This document shows, one piece after another, positions 56,332 through 64,000 of a DNA stretch of 64,000 nt (position 1 is the stretch's first letter; the number at the start of each line of letters is the position of its first letter). Both the position numbers and the translations under genes were made by a program. The notes under the pieces were generated by a model. That model was not told the origin of the DNA. It saw only the letters and a list, made by a program, of their open reading frames with translations, and ran no database searches. The stretch is from a bacterium (GTDB lineage: Bacteria; Patescibacteriota; Minisyncoccia; JAUYLV01), in contig JAUSGO010000028.1 of NCBI GenBank assembly GCA_030649025.1, forward strand, positions 1,074 to 65,073, in the 5' to 3' direction.

Positions 56332-56356
56332 AGCCCGGAATCGTCCGGGCTTTTTT
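56332..56356 (+). terminator. Intrinsic terminator after spoVR
   Basis: AGCCCGGA-ATCG-TCCGGGCT-TTTTT. Confidence 0.75.
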
Positions 56357-56611
56357 ATTGCTTCGTCTCCGACGGTGTCGTCGGAGCAACGAACAATAAA
56401 CCCCGCACCAATTCTTTGCAATGACTTTTGCACAACAAGAAGAGAATAGCAGACGATACCGAGGAATCTGGTTATAGCCGCTACGCGCGTATATGTCGGA
56501 ATTTGGCGTGGGGTCTTTTCCAAAATGACATCCTCCCCGGACTCCGCTTCGCTGCGTCCGGGGTTTCCTGGTAAAGAAAAAACGGGCGTCTCGGCGCCCG
56601 TATAGTGTTCG

Positions 56612-56658
56612 TCCCGTTAGAAGTAGTCCCGCTAAACGGGACGCGACTTTTAGCGGGG
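56612..56658. mobile_element. MITE-like element, copy 3 (short, opposite orientation to copy 2)
   Basis: TCCCGTTAGAAGTAG...CGCGACTTTTAGCGGGG; ends are near reverse complements of copy 2 ends; flanks TTCG/TTCA. Confidence 0.65.
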
Positions 56659-56659
56659 T

Positions 56660-57268
56660 TCATAAATCCGTGATGATGATTTTTTTGAGATCTTCCGCAA
56701 TCTCCGGAAGAAGCATGATGCTGTGTTCCTCAAACCACTGGCGGCTTTGTTCATTGTCACGCGCAAGATGTTTCCGGCACATCCGAAGAACCTCGTCAAT
56801 GTTGGCTCTCCAAAGATAACTCGCACGGATCTCGGCAAGCACCGAAACGTACGGCGCAAGATCCGAACCAAATACTCGAAAGACGGAATAATTCATGTCG
56901 CTCATCGGCACTCGTTCGGCCAAAAGTGCGTATGCTCGCTCTCCAACATCAACATAAAATTTCACGCCAAGTTGCGAATGCCGCACAAGATACGGTCCGA
57001 GAAATCCCGCGGCAAGAAGCGATGCATCTGCAATACCGCGAATGTTCTCGGTCTCTGCAAGAGGTTTTCTCCGAAAGACATATTCTCTTAGCTTGATGAG
57101 TAGTCCCTCCTTGGCAATCTTTGTTTGATGGTCCGGAGAAAATTGCTCAAGAAGCTCGGCAAGATACCGTTCGATTTTCGGATCTTCCTTGAGGCCCAAT
57201 TGGTGCCACGTCCGGTCAACCGCCTCCAAAAAGAACCTAAAAGACCTTGTAGCTCCCTCAATGTGCAT
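56660..57268 (-). CDS. Conserved-looking helical hypothetical protein
   Basis: AAGGAG RBS; YLAELL..IADASLLAAGF..FYVDVGERAY pattern. Confidence 0.7.
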   Translation of the reverse strand: MHIEGATRSFRFFLEAVDRTWHQLGLKEDPKIERYLAELLEQFSPDHQTKIAKEGLLIKLREYVFRRKPLAETENIRGIADASLLAAGFLGPYLVRHSQLGVKFYVDVGERAYALLAERVPMSDMNYSVFRVFGSDLAPYVSVLAEIRASYLWRANIDEVLRMCRKHLARDNEQSRQWFEEHSIMLLPEIAEDLKKIIITDL

Positions 57269-57410
57269 CTTCGGTCTCCTTTTGTGTCAATGTACGCACT
57301 CAACTATTTTACCATACCGCTTACCGGAAAACTTTGCAATTTTGACAGTTGTTCCGGTGCTTGGTATGTTTCGTCTGTTACCTTGAAAATCCGTATAAGA
57401 GGAGTTCTCG

Positions 57411-58673
57411 ATGCAAACAAGAGATCCATTGAAGTTCAGGAAAGCTTCACTCTCCAATGGTATTACGGCATACCTCAACCTTGCATTGCCAATCAATGGC
57501 GTATTGCTGGGCATGGTATTTCCGGCGGGAAGCCGAGACGACGAGATGGGCAAAGAAGGTTGCGCGCACTTTACGGAGCATATGCTATTCAAGGGCACGA
57601 GGCGCTTCCATGACAAGGTTGCAATTGCCGCACCCATCGAGCGCTGCGGAGGCCACGTGGAAGCCTGCACCATGGCTGAGAAAATGATATTTGGGGCAAG
57701 GGTGCTATCTGAAGATATTGAAACCGCGGCAATCGCCCTTAACGACCTTACGGTCCACGCGCTCAACCGTCAAAAAGACTTTGTAAAAGAGCGGGGAGTC
57801 ATCTCCAAAGAATGGAAGGAGTACTTCTCTGACGCGGATGCCTATGCCGTAAAGCTGCTTCACGGCCACCTCTTTAAAAATCATCCGCTTGCCCACTCGA
57901 TCATCGGAGAAAAAAAGACCATCAGGGCGCTCACGGTTGCCGACATCCGTAATTTTTATGACCGCTTCATCCGCACAGGACCCTTTACGCTTTTTGCTAT
58001 CGGCGGGGCAAACACTTCACAAGTTATGCGCACTCTTGAAAAAGTTTTCGGCAAGCGGCGAGTTGCGCCTACTCTCCGAAAACCGTCTGCGCTATCTGCG
58101 GTGGCTCCTGCGCGCATCAAAGTCAACGATATGCCCTATCCACAGACTTTCGTCTTGCTTGGAACTCGCATGTTCCCCGCAAGAGACCGGAAGCGCAGTG
58201 TGGCCATGGATGTCCTTACCATTATGCTACAGGATGGCATATCTTCCCCCTTATTCATGGCCCTGCGTGAACCAAAAAGGGGAGCGGGACTTGCGTACAG
58301 CTTTAATTTCTCCTGTTGCGGTCATACGGAGGCAAGCCTTGCCGCCTTCGGCGTGATGACAAGCTATAAAGATGTCAATCGCGTCACACGGGTATTCCAC
58401 GAAACCCTCGCAAAGGTCGTAACAGATGCCTCCAGATTCAAGGAGGTTAAAACTGCCATTGTAAAGAGCGGACAGCTCGAAGAATGGGAAGCGGGCGAAA
58501 TACTTGATGCCGCATCATATGCCGTTGTCGAATGCGGTGAAGACCCCCGCCCCACAAGCGCATACTTCGATGATGTATCGCGGGTTACCATGGAAGATGT
58601 AGCGTTTTTAGCGAATGAGTATTTGATGCCGGAACATTTTACCACCGTTGTGGTAAGGGGGTCGGTCACATGA
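57411..58673 (+). CDS. M16 family zinc peptidase
   Basis: GSRDD..G.AHFTEHMLFKGT (HxxEH), ERGVI, SSPLFMALRE..GLAYS. Confidence 0.9.
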   Translation: MQTRDPLKFRKASLSNGITAYLNLALPINGVLLGMVFPAGSRDDEMGKEGCAHFTEHMLFKGTRRFHDKVAIAAPIERCGGHVEACTMAEKMIFGARVLSEDIETAAIALNDLTVHALNRQKDFVKERGVISKEWKEYFSDADAYAVKLLHGHLFKNHPLAHSIIGEKKTIRALTVADIRNFYDRFIRTGPFTLFAIGGANTSQVMRTLEKVFGKRRVAPTLRKPSALSAVAPARIKVNDMPYPQTFVLLGTRMFPARDRKRSVAMDVLTIMLQDGISSPLFMALREPKRGAGLAYSFNFSCCGHTEASLAAFGVMTSYKDVNRVTRVFHETLAKVVTDASRFKEVKTAIVKSGQLEEWEAGEILDAASYAVVECGEDPRPTSAYFDDVSRVTMEDVAFLANEYLMPEHFTTVVVRGSVT

Positions 58674-58700
58674 GCGAATTTCCGGAGAAAGGAGGAGTGT

Positions 58701-59132
58701 ATGCATCGCGACACGATTGAAGAGGAAAAAATTTCCCACGCACTTGATTTCGCAAGTTGGTACTTTACGCTTTTTGTCGATATCCTGAGTGCCGATGTTT
58801 ACACGATACAATATCGGAATCTGAAAAAGTCTCGGGTGGTCGCTGACAGAGTATGCGTGGGACAAACCGTTTTCGACACCCATGCCATTCTCATAGACCG
58901 CAGAAGGGGCGACGCAACCAGAACCCTCGTCCATGAACTCTGCCATGTGGTGCTAGAGCCTCTCGTTGAAGATTTTCATGAACTTATTACAGAGAATCGC
59001 GTGACCTACCTTGAAACCCTCTTATGGGAAGCATTTAGCGACCGGCAAAAAAGAGTTTTGCGCGCCTTTCTTCCCCTCGGACGCAGAAAATCAGAGATCA
59101 AAATAAGAAAGAAAAAGTCCAAGCGAGCCTAG
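58701..59132 (+). CDS. Small HExxH (zincin-like) protein
   Basis: RTLVHELCHV motif with downstream Glu; AGGAGG RBS. Confidence 0.6.
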   Translation: MHRDTIEEEKISHALDFASWYFTLFVDILSADVYTIQYRNLKKSRVVADRVCVGQTVFDTHAILIDRRRGDATRTLVHELCHVVLEPLVEDFHELITENRVTYLETLLWEAFSDRQKRVLRAFLPLGRRKSEIKIRKKKSKRA

Positions 59133-59178
59133 ATCACCTGCTCGCTTTTTTGTTTGAAAATGCGTATAATGATGACTG

Positions 59179-60753
59179 ATGCATATTGAGATAAAAGATC
59201 GGCTGTATCTTCGCATCGGCAAAGCATCAGACGTTCAAAACCCGCGCGAGCGGGTGTTTTACCGAATTTTAGAGATGCTTCCCGGCGTGCTTGCGTGGGG
59301 AACTCTTTTGGGGGCCGTTCTTGCCTCTTGGTTTTGGCCGATGGGTGCGGCGATCTTTATTATTCTCTTCGACGTTTACTGGCTTTTAAAAACAATATTT
59401 TTTTCTCTACATCTCGTTTCCGCTTATCGAAGAATGAAAGAGAATCTTGCGACGGACTGGATGCAAAAACTCCACGTTCTGCGGCTTCCTTCATCGCGCC
59501 TACCAAGCCTTGGGGCATGGCGCGACGTATACCATCTTGTTATCCTCCCCTTTTATGATGAACCGGCGGAGCTTATCCGCTCATCCCTGGAGGCCCTGAG
59601 AACCTCCCGCTATCCTCTTGAAAGACTCATTGTGGTGCTTGCATCCGAGAATCGCGCGGGAGAGCTCGGCAAAAACATTGCCGTCCTTATGGAGCAGGAA
59701 TTTGGAAAATCATTTTTTAAGTTTCTCATCACCGTGCATCCGGCAAACATCGCGGGAGAAATCGCCGGCAAGGGCTCAAATGAGGCCTGGGCGGGCAGAG
59801 AAGCACAAAAACTCATTGATGCACTACGCATTCCCCACGAACACGTGCTCGTCTCGGTGTTTGATAGCGACACGAGAGCGCATCCGGGATACTTTGGCTG
59901 TCTTACCTGGAACTTTCTTACGGCCCAAAATCCCCTGCGTTCAAGTTATCAGCCGGTGCCGGTATTCACGAACAACATCTGGGAGGCGCCTTTTTTCTCG
60001 CGCGTGGTTGCTTCCAGCTCAACATTCTGGCACATGATGAAACAGGAGAACGAAGAACGCCTAACGACATTTTCTTCTCATGCCATGAGCTTTGCGGCTA
60101 TTGTGAAGATGGATTTTTGGCAAACGAATATTGTTTCGGAGGATTCGCGCGTGTTTTGGCAGGCACTGCTTGCTTTTGACGGTGATTATAGAGTCGTTCC
60201 GCTGCATTATCCGGTTGCAATGGACGCATGTCTTGCGCACACGCTTTGGCAGACCGCGCGCAACCAATACAAACAGCAACGGCGCTGGGGATGGGGCATA
60301 GAAAATGTACCGTACACGCTATTCGGGTTTTGGAAGAATCCTGCAATTGCCCTGCGGAAAAAAATCCGCTACGCGTTTATGCAGATCGAGGGATTTTGGT
60401 CGTGGAGCACGAACGCGATACTCCTTTTTGTTCTCGGCTGGCTTCCTCTGGCGCTCGGCGGCGAAGTATTCAATCGCACCGTGCTTTCCTATAACTTGCC
60501 ACTCATTGCCCGCACGCTCATGTCGCTCGCGCTTGTGGGCATGTTCGTGTCTACCGCAATAAGCTTGCTGCTTCTGCCCAGACGCCCCGAGCGCTACGGA
60601 AAGAAAAAAACCGCTGCAATGGTCTTGCAATGGCTCTTCCTTCCGATCTCTGTTATGGTTCTGGGTGCCTTTCCGGGACTTGAAGCGCAAACACGCCTCA
60701 TGCTTGGCCGTTATATGGGATTTTGGGTAACAGAGAAGGCGCGCAAGGCCTAG
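59179..60753 (+). CDS. Membrane-embedded GT2 family glycosyltransferase
   Basis: P.Y.EP, GKGSN, FDSD (DxD), SED and QQRRW motifs; multiple TMs. Confidence 0.88.
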   Translation: MHIEIKDRLYLRIGKASDVQNPRERVFYRILEMLPGVLAWGTLLGAVLASWFWPMGAAIFIILFDVYWLLKTIFFSLHLVSAYRRMKENLATDWMQKLHVLRLPSSRLPSLGAWRDVYHLVILPFYDEPAELIRSSLEALRTSRYPLERLIVVLASENRAGELGKNIAVLMEQEFGKSFFKFLITVHPANIAGEIAGKGSNEAWAGREAQKLIDALRIPHEHVLVSVFDSDTRAHPGYFGCLTWNFLTAQNPLRSSYQPVPVFTNNIWEAPFFSRVVASSSTFWHMMKQENEERLTTFSSHAMSFAAIVKMDFWQTNIVSEDSRVFWQALLAFDGDYRVVPLHYPVAMDACLAHTLWQTARNQYKQQRRWGWGIENVPYTLFGFWKNPAIALRKKIRYAFMQIEGFWSWSTNAILLFVLGWLPLALGGEVFNRTVLSYNLPLIARTLMSLALVGMFVSTAISLLLLPRRPERYGKKKTAAMVLQWLFLPISVMVLGAFPGLEAQTRLMLGRYMGFWVTEKARKA

Positions 60754-60760
60754 AATCATT

Positions 60761-61414
60761 TTATTCACCGTTGAGGGTAAGCGTGGATAAAATTTGATTA
60801 TAGCGATCAACTGCCGACTGAAAAAGCTTTTCTCCCTCCACGTTGAGTCCGACCTCGTAGACGCCGCTCGTTATTTTTAGATAGCGATGCAGTCCCATAT
60901 AGTTGATCTGACGGTTGTCCTCGCGCGCCTCCCAAAAAATTCTATCGTTCACCTGAACATACCGCATGCCCGAAACGACGCCGCTGTTTGCCGTGATATT
61001 TTCCTGCTCGTCCTTCCAGAACTCTTCCATAGAGGCATAGGGCTCTCTGCCCAGAGGTATTTTTTTTCTTGTGAGCGTAATAAGGGATTGCTTCCCTTCG
61101 GTCTCGTCGCGTGAGAGCGTCAGTATCGCAAAATCAGATTCCGCCTGTCCGCGAAGCGACACGCTCTCCGGATATTTCACAGAGAATCCTAGCTTTTCAT
61201 TTAGGTATTCCTTCCACCCATCGGTGTTTACTTTCACTAAAATGCGTTCCTGCGGCGCATCCGACCCCGGGGACGCTGAAGGACCGGGGAAAGATCCTCC
61301 CGTTCTTTTGAAATACTGCTGGAGCAAAACTCCAAAAATAAGTATGGCTATCGCCGCAAGCCATGCCTTTTTCGCATTTGAAAATAAGTTGAGTCCGGAT
61401 TGGATTTCTGACAT
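60761..61414 (-). CDS. Hypothetical membrane-anchored protein (PsbP-like)
   Basis: TM; WKEYLNEKLGFSVKYP and YNQILSTL, typical PsbP-like bookend motifs. Confidence 0.65.
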   Translation of the reverse strand: MSEIQSGLNLFSNAKKAWLAAIAILIFGVLLQQYFKRTGGSFPGPSASPGSDAPQERILVKVNTDGWKEYLNEKLGFSVKYPESVSLRGQAESDFAILTLSRDETEGKQSLITLTRKKIPLGREPYASMEEFWKDEQENITANSGVVSGMRYVQVNDRIFWEAREDNRQINYMGLHRYLKITSGVYEVGLNVEGEKLFQSAVDRYNQILSTLTLNGE

Positions 61415-61596
61415 GGGTTGATTGTGCTGGCCGTATGCCGCCTCTAAAGACTCTGCCCATTTGCAGCCCCGGCAGAAGATGGGAATTGATTGCGCCCGGT
61501 CTTTTTGGGTGCGCTCGGCCGATAAGTTGCGTCGGCATTTTATTCTTAAAAGATTCTAATGCGGCAGCCCATTCTTGTCCAGCCCCCATACAAATC

Positions 61597-62082
61597 TTAT
61601 AGATCACGGATCTCCCACATATGAGTAACGATGTTCTTGACAAAAGTGATGTTCTGCGCGCGATAAACATATAATACCTCATCCGAGCTTATATTTTTCT
61701 TTTCCCACAAAGACGGGATTTTCGAGAGCTCCTCGTGCATGGCCGCAAGTCCTCCGCCAGCCTTGATCTGCCGAAGACTTTCCTCCCAACCTTGCCGGCG
61801 CGGAATCACGAAATACCTGCTCGCAAGCTCTGTATCGCCGCTCTTAAGCGCCTCAAGAAACATCACAAATGTTTCTTCGGGGGTAGGGCCGCCCTGCGCA
61901 CCGTTTTCCGCAAGCTCCGCGCCGCTTGCCCCCGCTCCGACGGAAATAGATTTTTCGTTTTCTCCCCCCGCGGGCTGCTGCTCAACGCGATACTCTCTTT
62001 TCACCACAAGCACGATAAGCACAAGTATCCCCAGAGAACCGAATACAAGAATATGGAATGTGTTATGCCAGCGAGTGAGCAT
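61597..62082 (-). CDS. Hypothetical membrane-anchored protein
   Basis: TM; GGPTPEETF.MFLEALKSGD.ELASRYF motif. Confidence 0.65.
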   Translation of the reverse strand: MLTRWHNTFHILVFGSLGILVLIVLVVKREYRVEQQPAGGENEKSISVGAGASGAELAENGAQGGPTPEETFVMFLEALKSGDTELASRYFVIPRRQGWEESLRQIKAGGGLAAMHEELSKIPSLWEKKNISSDEVLYVYRAQNITFVKNIVTHMWEIRDL

Positions 62083-62181
62083 GTTTCTTATTATACGATA
62101 AGATGGGATGCTCTGCGATATTATATTAAACAAAATGACGAGTGTTAATTTTTTAGCTTACTTTAGCCATTTTTCTTGCTA

Positions 62182-62211
62182 TTGACAAAAGGTTGTTTAA
62201 CATGGTAGAAT
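62182..62211 (+). promoter_or_regulatory. Sigma70-type promoter
   Basis: TTGACA-18nt-TAGAAT with TG extension. Confidence 0.55.
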
Positions 62212-62257
62212 TTAAACACTGGTTCTTCACAAAAATGTCTAGACAAGGAGGAATGGC

Positions 62258-62902
62258 ATGCCGAAATCAACGTCGGTTGAACTGGCAGACACCCGCGGTT
62301 TCGGTCCACAGGTGTGGGCCAAGCTCGGGGGTGTGAACGTCCCCGACTCACACGGATGCAGGGGTGGGGCTTTCGCTTCTTACATCGGATGCGAGGATGC
62401 TCGCGAAGACGAGGAAGTCGCGCGTGGCCTTGACCCTCTCCGACCGGGCTTTGTGCCCATGGAGGAGTTCGGGGAACACGAGAGCCTGTATTTTGAGAGT
62501 GCGGAGGAAAAGTGGAAGAAGGAGGATTGTTCCACAATCCGCATTCAGGGGGCTGCAAGCGCGGCAATCGCAAACGCCGCCCTGAAGTATCCCGAACTTC
62601 TGCCCACTATTTATGAACAGGCGGCGGAATTCGGGGGCAACGGGCAACGGCAAAACGAGATCCTCGCCCTCCTGGTCGAGGTAACGCGGAAAATCGTCGT
62701 TCAGAAAGGGGCGAGGGCTGTTATCCGAATCCTCTCCACCACATCCTTCGGCGAGCGGGAAATGTGCTATACCGCCCTCGAGCGGTTTGCCGGGCAGGAA
62801 CTCGCCCGGCAGAGACATCCCCGTAACGGAAAGTTGGAGCGGGGGTTTGCCTGCGGTATCATGTCGGCGCTCGGCGTCGACATGCGCCACATACTACGCT
62901 AA
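62258..62902 (+). CDS. Hypothetical protein
   Basis: AGGAGG RBS, own promoter, terminator hairpin at about 62922-62957. Confidence 0.7.
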   Translation: MPKSTSVELADTRGFGPQVWAKLGGVNVPDSHGCRGGAFASYIGCEDAREDEEVARGLDPLRPGFVPMEEFGEHESLYFESAEEKWKKEDCSTIRIQGAASAAIANAALKYPELLPTIYEQAAEFGGNGQRQNEILALLVEVTRKIVVQKGARAVIRILSTTSFGEREMCYTALERFAGQELARQRHPRNGKLERGFACGIMSALGVDMRHILR

Positions 62903-63018
62903 AACCAAGGGAATCAACTCAACGGAGGCTCGCAACGCGAGCCTCCGTGAACTTTTTATAGCATGGTTTTTGTCCCGATTCCTTCTGGTTTTTCGCGGTT
63001 TATGATAAAATGGAAAGA

Positions 63019-64000
63019 ATGGCGGATAAGCAGCATATCGAAAAATCGTATACGGAAGAAGGCCGGGATACCGGGTCGTTTTTCGTGCGTACCATGAAAA
63101 AAGACATTGAACGCCTGAGGCAGGGATTGCCGATTCACGAAAATACCGTGACCGGCAAAGTTCTGCCGCCGCAGCGATACGATACGCCGCAAAAACTTGC
63201 CACAACCGTGCAGGCGCATAGTCCCGTTGAACAGCCACCGAAAGAATCCGCCACGACCATCCCGGGAGTTGAGGCGGCAAGACCCCAAATAAACCCTGCC
63301 CCACAAGAAGAAGTGCGTGCCGCATCGCGCCAAATTCCGCCCATATCTCAAAGACCATTTCCATTGCAGGCGCCACCGTGGCAAGAGCGTCCGATAGAAA
63401 CCATACAGCCCCAAGCGCGCCCCGCACAGCCCCAAGTTCCCCGAACGGGAAAGATGGAGATAGAAAAAACCCAAGCGATAGAACCGGCCCTTACGCTATT
63501 CCAACGCATATTCCCTACACGAAAACGCCTCGCCGTAGTTCTTTGTGTCACGCTGGCGCTGTTGACGCTGGGGATATATGCTCTTTTTGCCTATTTTGGA
63601 AAGCCCCTTCCGGGAACACGCTTTGTATTCTCCGACCCGACGCCCACGCCATTCTCCGTAAAAACGCCTTCTCCATCCCCGACAACTCCAGAGGTTGTAA
63701 TAACGCCCACCTCAATATCAACGCCGACTCCTTCTCCATCTCCAGGGCCCCTGGCGCGCACTCCACATCTCCCTATAAGCCGCCTTGCGCTGGTCGATCT
63801 TCCGGAAAGTGCGACAAAGCTAGACCTTGCAGAACAGCTCACCGGCTTTGCAAATATCAGCCAAAATCCGGGAGACTTCACGCAAGTCATTGTCCGCCAC
63901 GAATCAACCGAGACGCCCTTCGGAGCAAGTGAGTTGTTTCAATTCTTTGGCATCTCTGCGCCCGAAGGGTTTTTCGGCGAGCTTTCCCAAGACATTACGC
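63019..64000 (+). CDS. Hypothetical Pro-rich membrane protein, runs off the window end
   Basis: Frame MADKQHIEKSY..VRTMKKDIERLR.. followed by a TM segment and PT repeats; absent from the ORF track, probably because it has no stop in the window. Confidence 0.65.
   Translation, partial: MADKQHIEKSYTEEGRDTGSFFVRTMKKDIERLRQGLPIHENTVTGKVLPPQRYDTPQKLATTVQAHSPVEQPPKESATTIPGVEAARPQINPAPQEEVRAASRQIPPISQRPFPLQAPPWQERPIETIQPQARPAQPQVPRTGKMEIEKTQAIEPALTLFQRIFPTRKRLAVVLCVTLALLTLGIYALFAYFGKPLPGTRFVFSDPTPTPFSVKTPSPSPTTPEVVITPTSISTPTPSPSPGPLARTPHLPISRLALVDLPESATKLDLAEQLTGFANISQNPGDFTQVIVRHESTETPFGASELFQFFGISAPEGFFGELSQDIT

Noticed and set aside
61420-61590. tmRNA (minus strand starts GGGGCTG and has an ATAAAATGCC resume-like context)
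   Set aside because: No T-arm/CCA 3' end, too short, and the putative tag lacks an Ala-rich C-terminus; kept as a generic ncRNA candidate

Overview
The window looks like a chromosomal segment of a small-genome Patescibacteria (CPR, Parcubacteria-like) bacterium. This is inferred from the DUF5667 protein, sortases, type IV pilus block, split ComEC, short Mfd, CPR-type GT2 and EF-P, and many core genes without Shine-Dalgarno sites. Content in order: a sortase/surface-protein cluster, pilB-pilC-minor pilins, salvage genes (nucleoside phosphorylase, rarA, apt), LCP-pth-mfd, a LemA/TPM-like pair, GT4, a SpoIVB/S55 peptidase, comEC, recG, ftsB-like, a VirD4/HerA-like ATPase, a class III aminotransferase, efp, parAB, rel, proline dehydrogenase, prkA-yeaH-spoVR and an M16 peptidase. 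The most striking signal is non-coding. Each of the three canonical tRNA genes (Ser-UGA, Gly-CCC, Leu-CAA) has a divergent 'twin' tRNA-like copy. The anticodon is the same for Gly and Leu; the Ser twin is split at TG|A. Each twin is interrupted by one or two copies of the same ~70-nt two-hairpin element. There are five copies, with covarying stems, and I found none outside tRNA twins. At the Ser locus the canonical tRNA is nested inside the twin's anticodon loop. AT-rich, co-oriented single-gene cassettes separated by att-like remnants are stacked at the 3' ends of the Ser and Leu twins. A separate MITE family (CCCCGYTAGA ends, 4-bp TT(C/G)A flanks) occurs three times. All calls were made by eye with no database searches.
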